Notes: generated by a model not told the origin, from the letters alone. DNA of 64,000 nucleotides from Myxococcota bacterium (GCA_041687695.1 JAWLBL010000001.1:145710-209709), one strand, 5' to 3'; shown: positions 27,069 through 37,983, numbered from the stretch's first letter. Numbers and translations are program-made.

Positions 27069-27473
27069 TCAGCGCGGGGCGCGCAGCACGTCGAGGAACG
27101 GCACGTCACCAGGGGCCCAGGCCAGGGCCCCGAAGCGGTCGGGGCCGACGCTGATCACGGCGTCGTGCACCGTCAGGCCGAAGGTGCCCGAGGTCAGCCG
27201 ACAGGCGTAAAAACGCATGTCCAGCACCGCCGACCGCACGGGGACGAGGCCCTGCCACATCAGCGCGCCGACCTCGACCAGGACACCCAGCTCCTCGCCC
27301 AGCTCGCGCTCCAAGGCCTGCACGTCGGTCTCGTCGGCCTCGACCTTGCCGCCCGGGAACTCCCACAGCCCCGGCGAGCGCTGGTCGGGCGCGCGGCGGA
27401 AGGCCAGGACCTCGCCGGGCGCGTCACCGGGGAAGACCCCGGCGACGACGCGTAGCGCCGAACGCGCGCTCAC
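27069..27473 (-). CDS. MutT-like Nudix hydrolase
   Basis: WEFPGGKVEADETDVQALERELGEELG Nudix box; GTGA coupling with the upstream gene. Confidence 0.88.
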   Translation of the reverse strand: MSARSALRVVAGVFPGDAPGEVLAFRRAPDQRSPGLWEFPGGKVEADETDVQALERELGEELGVLVEVGALMWQGLVPVRSAVLDMRFYACRLTSGTFGLTVHDAVISVGPDRFGALAWAPGDVPFLDVLRAPR

Positions 27474-28261
27474 TCGGCGAAGGGGTCTTCGCAGGGGTGC
27501 TCGCCGACGAACGTGCCGATTCGGCAGTACGGCTGGTCCGCGTCGGTGCTCGTGCTGTCCGTCACGAAGTCGTAGAACCAATCCCACAGCAGCCCGCCGC
27601 CGCCGTTGCCGAGCGTGTAGCCCGTGAAGATGAGGCCGGGCTCCCAGCAAGCACCGACGGGACCTTCGCAGAAGCCGTCCGTCTGCACGTCCGTGGTCAC
27701 GAAGCCCTTCATCTCATTGGGAAATTCGGGCTTGAGGCCGCAGAAGTACCAGCCGCGCTTGACGCTGGTCGCCATCTTGCCTTTGTCGTCCTTGGCATAG
27801 GACCGGATGGTGAAGGTGTTGCCGTCGAACTTCACCGTCTCGAGGGCGCCGTCTTCGCCGATCTTGGTGGGGTCGTCCGGATCGTGCACGAAGCGCCACG
27901 TCCCCTGGATCTCGGGGTCGCCGTTCGGGCAGGCATTGCAGGTGTAGGTCGTCCCGTCGTGGATGAAGCCCGTCCACGGGATGACGGTGCCGTTGGTCGA
28001 GCCGCCGGCGGGCAGGCACCCTGGGTTCCGGTCGGGCAGCGCATCCGGGATGCTCCACTTGAACCGCGCGCTCTCCTTCAAGGTCGGGAAGACGTCGGGC
28101 GTCTTCGTGTCCTCCTCGACCGTGCTGTCGGGCGTCGTCGAGGTGTCCTCGGTCGAGGCGTCCGGCGGCGGCACCAGCTTGGTCTCGGTCTCGCAAGCCC
28201 CCAGCAGCAGCGCGCCACCGGCGAGGGCCGTCAGGACGTGGCGGTAGGTTCGGCGCGTCAT
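27470..28261 (-). CDS. Hypothetical Cys-containing lipoprotein
   Basis: Lipobox LGAC; follows the GH57 gene by 1 nt. Confidence 0.75.
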   Translation of the reverse strand: MTRRTYRHVLTALAGGALLLGACETETKLVPPPDASTEDTSTTPDSTVEEDTKTPDVFPTLKESARFKWSIPDALPDRNPGCLPAGGSTNGTVIPWTGFIHDGTTYTCNACPNGDPEIQGTWRFVHDPDDPTKIGEDGALETVKFDGNTFTIRSYAKDDKGKMATSVKRGWYFCGLKPEFPNEMKGFVTTDVQTDGFCEGPVGACWEPGLIFTGYTLGNGGGGLLWDWFYDFVTDSTSTDADQPYCRIGTFVGEHPCEDPFAE

Positions 28262-28262
28262 C

Positions 28263-31200
28263 TCAGTCCTCCAGCTCGGTCACGGTGGTGAGCTTGCCCA
28301 GGCTGTTCTCCTGGGGCGGGTCGTCGCCCAGCACGTCGCGCAGGATGACCTTGGTCACCTTGGGGTCCAGGGGGACGACGTACTGGCGGTTGGTGAAGGG
28401 GAACTCCTCGGTGCCGGGCCACTGACCCTCGTCGGTGCCGGTGCCCACCGTGTACTTGTACTGGAGGACCTCGCCACGCGGGAAGCCGAACGTGGCGCTC
28501 CAGACGCGGTCGCCGGCCTGGAGATCGCCGGCCTTGCCGGTGTCGCTCAGCGCGATCTTGTTCGGGATCCAGTCGCCGATCTTGTCGTGGTTGCCGACGA
28601 TGAAGACCGTGCCGTTGCCGTCGGGGACCGGCAGCGTCTTCAGCCCCAGGGTGTTCAGTGGGATCTGGCTGCCCGTCGCGTCGACCTCGACCGTGACGAA
28701 GACCATGTTGGTGACGTCGTCGAAGACGCGCTTGGCGTTCAGCGACGGGGCCGCGTCGATGACCTCGCTGCCCTCGATGGCGACCACGTAGAAGTTGAGC
28801 GGGTCGCTGGGGCCGGCCAGGTTCAGGTCGGCGAACGGCACGCGCAGCTCGACCACCATGGCGCCGAACTGCGGGCCGCCCAGCGTGGCGGCGTGGGGCT
28901 CGCTGGTCCAGCCGCCCTGCCCGTCCGCCACCTCGAGCAGGAGCTTGGCCTGGCTGCCCGAGAAGTCGACCCGCAGCCGGCGCGCCACCTCGAGGCCGAC
29001 GAAGGACTCGCCGGGCGGCGTGAACGGGTTGGCCGGGTCCTTGGTGAAGGTGCCCGCGGCGGGGTCCAGGATGTGCTTGTGGTCGAACAGGACCGCCAGG
29101 CTGTAGGGCGTGTTCAGCTTGGCCGACAGGTTCTCGTTGGCCTGGATGCCGACGTACAGGGCCTGCGCGTCGTAGCCGTAGTAGATGGTCGACAGGTCGT
29201 CGTGGGCGCTGATGGCGGTCGACGAGTCGCTGTCGAAGAAGAAGCCGCCGGGCGGCGTCCACTCGACCTCGCTGGGCAGGAACAGGCCGTCGAGGGTCGG
29301 CGGCGGCGTGTCACCGCCGTAGGGGCCCTCGAGGCCCTTGGGCTTGGCCTGGATGAGCGGCGCGAAGTCGGGCACCTGCATCGTCGGCTCGCCCATCATC
29401 GCCAGGGCGGCGTTCATCTCGGCGTACATGCCCAGCAGCTGGCTGCGGAAGGCGCGGTCGAAGGGGCTGTCGTCGTTCGAGGGCGTGGTCTGGTCGACCC
29501 CGTACCACCAGAACCAGTCCGACCCCTCGGCGGCGTACATGAAGTCGAAGGCGCGGTAGATGTGCCAGGGCAGGCTGCTCTGGTCCTTGGGGGCCGCGGC
29601 CAAGGGGTTCGGCTGCGGCAGCCCCGAGGCGGCGAGATCCGCGCGGGCCTTGCGCAGGTACTCCCAGGCCTTGTTCTCCTCCTGCTCGCCGATCCAGGTC
29701 GAGAAGGTCGCGCCGATCCACGACCCCGGCCACAGCGGCTCGATCTCGACCTGGTCCGCGATGGGGTGCGGGGCGATGGCCCGCGCCGGGTTGCCGTGGA
29801 TGTACTCGCTGGTCGTGACCGTGACGATCTCGCCCGTCTCGTAGGCCTCGCTCAGCTTCTTGTACAGCGCGTGGTGGAAGCCCTTGGCGTCGTGCTCCTG
29901 GGTGTAGGCCTCCCAGGCGTTCTCGCCGTCCAGGATGATGGTCAGCAGGCGGTCCTCGCCACCCAGGCTGGGGGCCAGCTTGGCGACGTCGTCGATGAAG
30001 TTCTGGGCCGCGTCGACGCCCTTCCAGGTCTTGTATTCGAAGCCCATGCGGTCCGACAGGAAGGTGTCGCGGAACACGATGAGCATCGAGTCCGACGTGT
30101 CGCCGCCATGGCCGACCACCCCGTCGCTGTCGACGCGGTAGGGGCGCCAGACCGGCGCGTGCTCGTCGTTCATGGCGCGCTTGAGCACGTCGTGGTCGGT
30201 GGCCGTCCACTCGAAGCCGGCCTCGACCAGCAGGGGGACGATCTCTTCGGCGACCGAGCCCTCGCCGCACCAGATGCCGCGCGGCTTGACCCCGAAGATG
30301 TCCTGGTAGTAGCGCACGGCCCGCTGCACCTGCGCCGCCGCGTCCTGCGGATACGAAAAGGGCGGGCTCGGCCGCGGGTCGAAGGGCTGCGACTGCGCCA
30401 TCAGCTCGGTGTCGTAGATGAGCGGCAGGATGGGGTGGTACATCGGCGTGGTCGTCACCTCGACCTGCCCCGTCCCGGCCTCGACGTCGTAGAAGAGCTT
30501 CTGGTGGATGGGGATGGTGTTGCGGGTGACCTTGTGGCCCTCGATGAGCAGATCCACGGCGAGCTGCTCGCTCGGCGGCTGCTTCAGGTAGTACTTGCCG
30601 CCCTTCTTCTCGAGGAAGGTGTGGACGCGGGTCACCGACCCGTCGGGCAGCGTGACCGGCCCCTCGAGGAAGTCCGGGTCGAACCAGGCGATCTCGAACC
30701 AGATCTTGAGCGCGAGGAAGTCGTCGTGGTCGTACTCGGCGCGGTTGGCGTCGCGCAGGGCCACGTACTCGGGGAAGTACTGCATGATGGGGTCGGCCGT
30801 GGAGACCAGCGTCCACGGGCCCTTCCACACGAGCTGGAGCTGCTCCTCGGTGATGGTGGCGGCCGTGGGCGTCGGCTGGAGCAGGAAGTCGACGAAGGGG
30901 TCGGTCTTGCCGGTCCACTTCGCCAGAAAGCCCGGCACGTCCATCGTGTTCGCGTGGACGTCGATGAACGGGTCCATGCGCGCCACGTAGATCTCGAGCA
31001 GCTGCCGGAGCAGCACCGTCGTCAGGTTCACGTTGAAGTGGACGTCGGGGTAGCCCTCGATGATGGAGGTCATGTCGTAGTAGTCCTTGGTCGCGTGCTT
31101 GCGCACCCAGGGACCACTGAGCTGGTCGGACTGCGGGTCGAGGTACAGCGGCTGGTGCTGGTGCCAGACGATGTTGAGGAAGAGCGTGCGGGTGACCTTG

Positions 31201-31748
31201 GCCTTGTTGAGGGTCACCGAGATGGGGTTGCCCGCGAGGTCCTGCACGTTCTTGACGGTGAGCGTGTAGGTCAGGCTGGGGTTGATGGCGCCGGCGTCGA
31301 CGGTGAGGTCGACGTACTGCGGCGCGTCGGGGTGCTGGGCCACCGCCAGGACCGGCAGGTCCTGATTGTTCGAGGCCTTGATGCCGTAGTTGGCCAGGGT
31401 CTCGGCGCCGGCGCCGACGGGCTCGGAGAAGCGGGCGGTGACGATGCCCTGCTTGTTCGAGAAGGCGGAGCGCAGCTCGGGCCGCACCGTGTCGGGGGGC
31501 GGGCCGGCGTCGGGCGTCGCGGTGTCGGCGCTGGCGTCGGGGGGCGAGGTGGCGTCGGGGTCCGACGGGTCGGCGTCGCTGGTGGGGACGTCGTCGTGCT
31601 TGGCGCCGTCGCCCTGCGGGATGTCGGCCGGCGCCGAGTCGCTGGAGGTGTCGTGCGGGATGACCGGGAAGACCTGGGGATCCGAGCCGCACGCGGGCCC
31701 TGAGAGGGCGGCGAACGCGAGGGCGAGCGAGAGGACCAGACGACGCAC
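28263..31748 (-). CDS. GH57 amylopullulanase-like lipoprotein with Ig-like and C-terminal carbohydrate-binding-like domains
   Basis: GPAC lipobox-like, WHQHQP, HPILPL, GIWCGEG, DGENAWE, AEGSDWFWW; C-terminal FIVGNH..IGDW..YKY resembles a CBM20-like module. Confidence 0.88.
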   Translation of the reverse strand: MRRLVLSLALAFAALSGPACGSDPQVFPVIPHDTSSDSAPADIPQGDGAKHDDVPTSDADPSDPDATSPPDASADTATPDAGPPPDTVRPELRSAFSNKQGIVTARFSEPVGAGAETLANYGIKASNNQDLPVLAVAQHPDAPQYVDLTVDAGAINPSLTYTLTVKNVQDLAGNPISVTLNKAKVTRTLFLNIVWHQHQPLYLDPQSDQLSGPWVRKHATKDYYDMTSIIEGYPDVHFNVNLTTVLLRQLLEIYVARMDPFIDVHANTMDVPGFLAKWTGKTDPFVDFLLQPTPTAATITEEQLQLVWKGPWTLVSTADPIMQYFPEYVALRDANRAEYDHDDFLALKIWFEIAWFDPDFLEGPVTLPDGSVTRVHTFLEKKGGKYYLKQPPSEQLAVDLLIEGHKVTRNTIPIHQKLFYDVEAGTGQVEVTTTPMYHPILPLIYDTELMAQSQPFDPRPSPPFSYPQDAAAQVQRAVRYYQDIFGVKPRGIWCGEGSVAEEIVPLLVEAGFEWTATDHDVLKRAMNDEHAPVWRPYRVDSDGVVGHGGDTSDSMLIVFRDTFLSDRMGFEYKTWKGVDAAQNFIDDVAKLAPSLGGEDRLLTIILDGENAWEAYTQEHDAKGFHHALYKKLSEAYETGEIVTVTTSEYIHGNPARAIAPHPIADQVEIEPLWPGSWIGATFSTWIGEQEENKAWEYLRKARADLAASGLPQPNPLAAAPKDQSSLPWHIYRAFDFMYAAEGSDWFWWYGVDQTTPSNDDSPFDRAFRSQLLGMYAEMNAALAMMGEPTMQVPDFAPLIQAKPKGLEGPYGGDTPPPTLDGLFLPSEVEWTPPGGFFFDSDSSTAISAHDDLSTIYYGYDAQALYVGIQANENLSAKLNTPYSLAVLFDHKHILDPAAGTFTKDPANPFTPPGESFVGLEVARRLRVDFSGSQAKLLLEVADGQGGWTSEPHAATLGGPQFGAMVVELRVPFADLNLAGPSDPLNFYVVAIEGSEVIDAAPSLNAKRVFDDVTNMVFVTVEVDATGSQIPLNTLGLKTLPVPDGNGTVFIVGNHDKIGDWIPNKIALSDTGKAGDLQAGDRVWSATFGFPRGEVLQYKYTVGTGTDEGQWPGTEEFPFTNRQYVVPLDPKVTKVILRDVLGDDPPQENSLGKLTTVTELED

Positions 31749-31871
31749 GAATCTCTCCTGGTTCGTCGGGCCACCCTGCCATGAGCGCCGCCGGGAATCC
31801 AGCCCACCCAGGGCCCCTCGAGAGCGCCGCCGGGCAGCGTCCGGACCGCGCGAGGCGGTCGCGACCGGGGG

Positions 31872-32957
31872 CTACTGCGGGCCGATGGTGGCCAGGAGCG
31901 CCCGGGCCTTGTCGCGGACGGCCGGGATGGGGTCGGCCGCGAGGGCGCCGATGACCACGCTGGCGGCCGGGTCATGGAAGGCGACCAGCTCGAGGGCGCG
32001 GTTGCGGGCGTCCCACGGCGCGCTCGCGGTGGTGGCGGCCGCGCGGGCCAGGGACACTGCGCCGGTGCGGTCGGGCGGCGACACGGCGGGATCGCCGAGG
32101 ATGGCGTGCAGCGTGTTGGCGTCGGCGAAGCGGAAGCCGCCGGCCGCGAGGCGGCGCTCGAGGGCGGCCAGGAGCGCCGGATAGCGGGCCTGGCACTTGC
32201 CCCAGGTCGCCAGGGCGTAGGCGGCCTTGTCGGCTACGCGCGGCGCGGGGTCGCTCAGGTGGTCGGCCCACAGCGCGCACACGTCGGCGGCGCGCGCGAC
32301 GCCGCCGGTCCAGAAGGCCATCAGGGCGGCCAGGCGGACCGGCTCGGCGGGGTCGCGGACGAGGCGCTCGCGGGTCGCGTCGAAGAAGGCGGGGCCGCCA
32401 TAGGTCAGCAGATCGCCCATGAGGGCGGCGCGTAGCTCGGCCAGGGCATGATCGCGGGCCAGGGCGGTCAGGCGGGCCGCCACGCCGGGCAGGCTGCCGT
32501 CGACGCGAGCGGCGGCGGCGCCGAGCGGGGCGGCGAGGGCCGGGACGGTCTCGCGCTCGGCGGCGGCGAGGACGCGGCCGGACAGATCGGGATCGGCGCG
32601 GTAGGCGCTTCCGCGGCGGACGAGGCCGACGGCGCCGAGGTAGCGCACATGGGGATCGGCGTCCTCGATGAAGCGGACCAGCGTCGGGTCGGGCGCCCCG
32701 CCGCCGAGGGCGTCGAGCCAACGGGCGTAGCCGTGGCACTCGAGGCGGAACCCGGCGTCCCAGGGGCACGCGAGCGCGTCGAGGGCCGCCTCGACCAGGG
32801 CCAGATCGTTGTCTTCGGCCGTCAGGCCGGTCTCGGGCGGGGTCACGCGGGGCGCGGCGGGGGCCGCCGGCGGCGCGGACGGCGGCTCGGCCGGCGGCGG
32901 CGGCGGCGCCTTGCACGCGGCGAAGGTGATGGCGAGCGCGAGGCACCAGGGACGCAT
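31872..32957 (-). CDS. HEAT-repeat lipoprotein
   Basis: FAAC lipobox; repeats such as DADPHVRY, DPAEPVRLAAL, DPIPAVRDKA. Confidence 0.7.
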   Translation of the reverse strand: MRPWCLALAITFAACKAPPPPPAEPPSAPPAAPAAPRVTPPETGLTAEDNDLALVEAALDALACPWDAGFRLECHGYARWLDALGGGAPDPTLVRFIEDADPHVRYLGAVGLVRRGSAYRADPDLSGRVLAAAERETVPALAAPLGAAAARVDGSLPGVAARLTALARDHALAELRAALMGDLLTYGGPAFFDATRERLVRDPAEPVRLAALMAFWTGGVARAADVCALWADHLSDPAPRVADKAAYALATWGKCQARYPALLAALERRLAAGGFRFADANTLHAILGDPAVSPPDRTGAVSLARAAATTASAPWDARNRALELVAFHDPAASVVIGALAADPIPAVRDKARALLATIGPQ

Positions 32958-33117
32958 CAGCGACTCCAACGATCGAACACGGCGGGGAACATAGCAGAGT
33001 GATGACGCGTCGAGGCACGTGCGGACCGCGGGCCGCCTCACAACTTGCGGCGCGCGGGAAGTCGCGCGACCTTCGCGAAGCCTGTGCGCGCGGTTGACTG
33101 GAGGGTGCGCGACCTTG

Positions 33118-34107
33118 ATGCAGCGCCTGGAGCCCGACGCCTTCGCGGCCCGCCTCGACGCGTTCGACGCGGCCGTGCTGGCGACCGAGGGCATCGATCA
33201 CTTCTGCACGTCGAGCGCCTGGGTGGTGCCCGCGCGCGAGGCCTTCCACCCCGAGACGACGCCCGTGGTGTTCGAGGGCGCCGAGGGGTTCGTCGCGCTC
33301 GCCCGGGACGACAGCGCGACGGTGGGGCGCTACCTGGCGCCGCTCGAGGCGATGTGGGGGCTCGCCAGCCCCGTCGCCGGGGCCCGGCCGGTCCCGCTGG
33401 CGCGCGAGGTGGTCGGCGCCCTGAGCGCCATCGACGACAGCTGGGACACCCTGTGGCTCTGTGGGCTCTCGCGCGACTCGCGGCTGTTCAAGGCCCTGGT
33501 CGCCGGCTTCGGCAAGCGCTTCCGCCTGGGGCTCGGGCCCGAGACGCGCCGGTACACGGCCAGCCTCGAGGGGGGCCTCGACGGGTTCATGAGCCGGCGC
33601 TCGGCCAAGTTCCGCGCCAACCTGCGCCGCGCGGCGCGCCAGGTCGAGGCCGACGGGTTCGCCTTCGAGGCGGCGCACGACGTCCGCTCGGCGGCCGGGC
33701 GGGAGACCTTCTTCGAGCGGCTCATGGCCATCGAGGCGCGCAGCTGGAAGGGCCTCGCCGACAGCGGCGTCAACGAGGGCCCCATGCGCCAGTTCTACCG
33801 CCAGATGCTCGATCGCATCGGCCCGGCCGGGCAGGTCCGCGCGCTCGTCCTCACCCGCGACGGCGAGGACGTCGCCTACATCCTGGGCGGCCTCTTCGCC
33901 GGGGCCTACCGCGGGCTGCAGGTCAGCTTCGACGACCGCTTCCGCGCGCTGTCGCTGGGCAACGTCATGCAGCTCGAGATGATCCGCCGCCTCTGCGACG
34001 AGGGGGTCGGCTGGTACGACCTGGGCTCGGACATCCCGTACAAGGCGCGCTGGGCCGAGGACGGCCTCACCACGGTCACGCTGGTGGTCCTGGGCGCGCC
34101 GCCCTGA
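33118..34107 (+). CDS. GNAT-family acetyltransferase (CelD/BcsL-like)
   Basis: SAKFRANLRR..R, RSWKG, SLGNV, YDLG...YKARW. Confidence 0.8.
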   Translation: MQRLEPDAFAARLDAFDAAVLATEGIDHFCTSSAWVVPAREAFHPETTPVVFEGAEGFVALARDDSATVGRYLAPLEAMWGLASPVAGARPVPLAREVVGALSAIDDSWDTLWLCGLSRDSRLFKALVAGFGKRFRLGLGPETRRYTASLEGGLDGFMSRRSAKFRANLRRAARQVEADGFAFEAAHDVRSAAGRETFFERLMAIEARSWKGLADSGVNEGPMRQFYRQMLDRIGPAGQVRALVLTRDGEDVAYILGGLFAGAYRGLQVSFDDRFRALSLGNVMQLEMIRRLCDEGVGWYDLGSDIPYKARWAEDGLTTVTLVVLGAPP

Positions 34108-34197
34108 GCCGCGGGTCACCGCGACGGCGCGCGCTCGATTGATCCGGCACGCCCCGGGTGGTATCGCAGCCCTCGCCGCACGCGCGGGAGGGGACCG

Positions 34198-35547
34198 ATG
34201 ATCAAGATGATGGCCGGGTCGGGGTTGGGGTTGGCGCTGGTCGTGATGGGCTGCGGGACGCCGGGGAGCGGAGGCAGCGGGTCGCACGGGCCGCTCGTAC
34301 CGATCGACGGCGCGACCACCGATCTCGGCGAGGACGTCGCCAAGGGCGGCGACGCGGCGCTGGAAGGGGACGAGGCGCCCGGCGAGGACGTCGCCGAGAC
34401 CGGCTGCGAACCCGGCGCGACGCGCTGCGAGGGCGCCCAGGTGATGCTGTGCGGCCCCGACCGGGTCAGCTGGACGGCCATCGTGACCTGCCCCGAGGGG
34501 CAGGCGTGCGCCGACGGGGCGTGCTGCACGCCCGACTGCGCCGGCAAGACCTGCGGACCGAACGGATGCGGCGGCAGCTGCGGGACCTGCGGCGCGGGGT
34601 TGGCGTGCGACGGGGGCCAGTGCGTCTGCAAGGGCTCGTGCGAGGGGCGCGAGTGCGGCGACGACGGGTGCGGGACGCTGTGCGGCAGCTGCGAGGGCGG
34701 CGAGCTGTGCGAGGACGGGCAGTGCGTGTGCCAGCCGGACTGCGCCGGGGTGGCGTGCGGGCCGGACGGGTGTGGCGGCAGCTGCGGGACCTGCGCGGCC
34801 GGGCAGGCCTGCGTGTCGGGCGCGTGCGAGTCGACCTGCACGCCCAGCTGCGCGGGCAAGGAGTGCGGCGGCGACGGGTGCGGCGGCAGCTGCGGGACCT
34901 GCCCGGGCGGGTTCACGTGCTCGGCGGCGGGGATGTGCCAGGCGACCTGCACGCCCAGCTGCGCGGGCAAGCAGTGCGGCGGTGACGGCTGCGGCGGCAG
35001 CTGCGGGACCTGCGGCGCGGGGAGCACCTGTAACGCGCAGGGGCAGTGCCAGGCGACGACCGGCGGGTCGTGCTCCGGGTCGTGCGGCGGCCAGTCGTCG
35101 AGCGGCAGCTGCTATTGCGACAACAGCTGCAAGTCGCAGGGCGACTGCTGCGCCGACGCGTGCACGGCGTGTCCGTCGCTGACCGGCTGCGGGTCGTGCA
35201 CGCCCAGCTGCAGCGGCAAGGCCTGCGGGTCGGACGGCTGCGGTGGGTCGTGCGGGTCGTGCGGCGGGGGTCAGGTGTGCCAGAGCGGCAGCTGCGTCAC
35301 CTGCACGCCCTCGTGCGCGGGCAAGGTCTGCGGCGACGACGGCTGCGGGGGCTCCTGCGGCACGTGCGGGCAGGGCATGGCGTGCGCGGCCGGCCAGTGC
35401 GTCGACTGCCTCACCCAGTGCTCGCTCATGTGCACCTCCGATCCGACCGGCTGCCTGTTCGTGTGCAGCCTCGGCTCGGCCGACCTCGACTGCCTGATCG
35501 ACAACGACTGCGACGTGACCGCCTGCTTCGGCCTGCCCTTCCCCTGA
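34198..35547 (+). CDS. Cys/Gly-rich repeat lipoprotein with a somatomedin-B-like module
   Basis: VMGC lipobox; ~7 repeats of CxPxCxGKxCGxDGCGGSCGxC; SCSGSCG..CYCDNSC..GDCCAD. Confidence 0.8.
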   Translation: MIKMMAGSGLGLALVVMGCGTPGSGGSGSHGPLVPIDGATTDLGEDVAKGGDAALEGDEAPGEDVAETGCEPGATRCEGAQVMLCGPDRVSWTAIVTCPEGQACADGACCTPDCAGKTCGPNGCGGSCGTCGAGLACDGGQCVCKGSCEGRECGDDGCGTLCGSCEGGELCEDGQCVCQPDCAGVACGPDGCGGSCGTCAAGQACVSGACESTCTPSCAGKECGGDGCGGSCGTCPGGFTCSAAGMCQATCTPSCAGKQCGGDGCGGSCGTCGAGSTCNAQGQCQATTGGSCSGSCGGQSSSGSCYCDNSCKSQGDCCADACTACPSLTGCGSCTPSCSGKACGSDGCGGSCGSCGGGQVCQSGSCVTCTPSCAGKVCGDDGCGGSCGTCGQGMACAAGQCVDCLTQCSLMCTSDPTGCLFVCSLGSADLDCLIDNDCDVTACFGLPFP

Positions 35548-35679
35548 GTCGGTGCCCGCCAGGTGTCACCGCCGTTACGCAGTGCGTCGCGGCGGTGGCG
35601 CCACCCGGCCCGATCCGAATCGTCGCCACAGGCCGGCTCGCCCCCGGTGGACTTGCGCATCCGCTGGAAATCGCAAGGA

Positions 35680-35695
35680 TGGCACGGGGGTTGCT
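35680..35695 (+). promoter_or_regulatory. Sigma54 (-24/-12) promoter
   Basis: TGGCACGGGGGTTGCT matches TGGCACG-N4-TTGCW, ~65 nt upstream of the next start. Confidence 0.8.
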
Positions 35696-35759
35696 TCCGG
35701 CGCCCCGTACGTGCGCGCCTCGGGCGACCTCCGCCCGGCGCGCCCGACAAGGAGTCCGA

Positions 35760-36770
35760 GTGAGCACCGAGCAGACGCCGCCGAAGTATCAGGTCGAAGA
35801 CCGTGAGATCCTGCTGAGCTTCTACCAAAAGCTGTTCTGGACACGCCTGGTCGGCAAGCTCCCGGCCTCTCTGCCGCCCAACGCCATCACCGTCTTCGGG
35901 CAGTGCTGCGTCCTGCTGGGCGCCGTGTCCGCCGCCGGCGCGGTCCTGGGCGGCCAGCCGCTGCTGTACGCCTTCAGCGCCCTGCTGCTGCTCGCCTACA
36001 TGACCGCGGACAACGTCGACGGGCCCCACGCGCGCCGCACGGGTCAGTGCAGCCCGCTCGGCGAGTTCCTCGACCACGGCCTGGACGGCCTGGCCAGCGG
36101 CGCCATCCTGCTGACCGCCGCCTTCGTCATCCGCCTCGACCCGCTGGGCATGGTCCTGCTCGCCGGCATCGGCGCCCTGGGCTTCATGACCGTCTTCTGG
36201 GAGCAGTACCGCACCGGCGTCCTGGTCATCCCGCGCGTCAGCTCGCTCGAGGGCACGACCGTCGTCATGGCGCTGTCCCTCACGGCGATGATCGCCAACG
36301 ACCCGGCCTGGCTGCACGCCTCGCTGACCGAGTTCAACTTCACCAGCGGCGTCCTGGTCGCCGCCCTCGTCGGCTACGCCGTGGCCGCGGGCGCGCCCAT
36401 CCTGCGGGCGTCCCGCAAGGGCACGTCGCTGCGCGAGCTGGGCCCCATCCTGACCGTGGGCGCCAGCCTCTGCGCGCCGGTCGCCTTCGGGGCCGGCGGC
36501 ATCATGCCCGCCGTGGCCGTCTCCGTGTTCGGCGCCGACCTCGTGGGGCGCATGATCCTGCTGCGCCACCGCAAGATCGACGGCGCCCTGCTGCCCGCCA
36601 ACCGCTGGCTGGCCGTCGCCCCGCTGGCGCCGCTGGCGATGGGGGTCGGCGCGCCCAACACCTGGGCCGCCGTGTCCATGCTGATCGCGCTGGGCATGTA
36701 CGGCTCGACGCTGATGGCCGGGGTCGCCCACATGGGCGGCCGCGCCCAGGCCGACCGCCTGGCGGCCTGA
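35760..36770 (+). CDS. CDP-alcohol phosphotransferase, CPT/CEPT-like
   Basis: PNAIT, DNVDGPHARRTGQCSPLGEFLDHGLD signature; many TM helices. Confidence 0.88.
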   Translation: MSTEQTPPKYQVEDREILLSFYQKLFWTRLVGKLPASLPPNAITVFGQCCVLLGAVSAAGAVLGGQPLLYAFSALLLLAYMTADNVDGPHARRTGQCSPLGEFLDHGLDGLASGAILLTAAFVIRLDPLGMVLLAGIGALGFMTVFWEQYRTGVLVIPRVSSLEGTTVVMALSLTAMIANDPAWLHASLTEFNFTSGVLVAALVGYAVAAGAPILRASRKGTSLRELGPILTVGASLCAPVAFGAGGIMPAVAVSVFGADLVGRMILLRHRKIDGALLPANRWLAVAPLAPLAMGVGAPNTWAAVSMLIALGMYGSTLMAGVAHMGGRAQADRLAA

Positions 36771-36781
36771 GCCGAGGTCCC

Positions 36782-36826
36782 CGACCACCAGCCGGCGTGC
36801 GGTCACGTCACACCGGCTGGCGGTCG
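36782..36826. terminator. GC-rich hairpin after the phosphotransferase stop
   Basis: CGACC-A-CCAGCCGG..CCGGCTGG-C-GGTCG; no U-tract. Confidence 0.4.
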
Positions 36827-36836
36827 TGCGTCGGCA

Positions 36837-37090
36837 GCTTGCGGTGACGCCGCGAAGGTCTGCGGTAACGCCGCGAAGGTCTGCGGTGACGCCGCGGAGG
36901 CCTGCGGTGACGCCGCGGAAGCTTGCGTGACGCCGCGAGGGCTTGCGGTGACGCCGCGGAGGCTTGCGGTGACGCCGCGGAGGCTTGCGGTGACGCCGAG
37001 AAGGCTTGCGGTGACGCCGCGGAGGCTTGCGGTGACACCGCGGAGTGCTTGCGGTGACGCCGCGGAAGCTTGCGGCGGCGCCGCGCAGGC
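36837..37090. repeat. Tandem repeat, ~12 units of 21 nt (GCTTGCGGTGACGCCGCGGAG)
   Basis: TGCG cores at 36840, 36861, 36882, 36903, 36924, 36944, 36965, 36986, 37007, 37028, 37050 and 37071; between convergent genes. Confidence 0.92.
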
Positions 37091-37096
37091 TCGCCG

Positions 37097-37983
<887 letters not shown>

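Noticed and set aside
36837..37090. CRISPR array or short CDS
   Set aside because: No spacers; indels break the frame; ORFs there are repeat translations.
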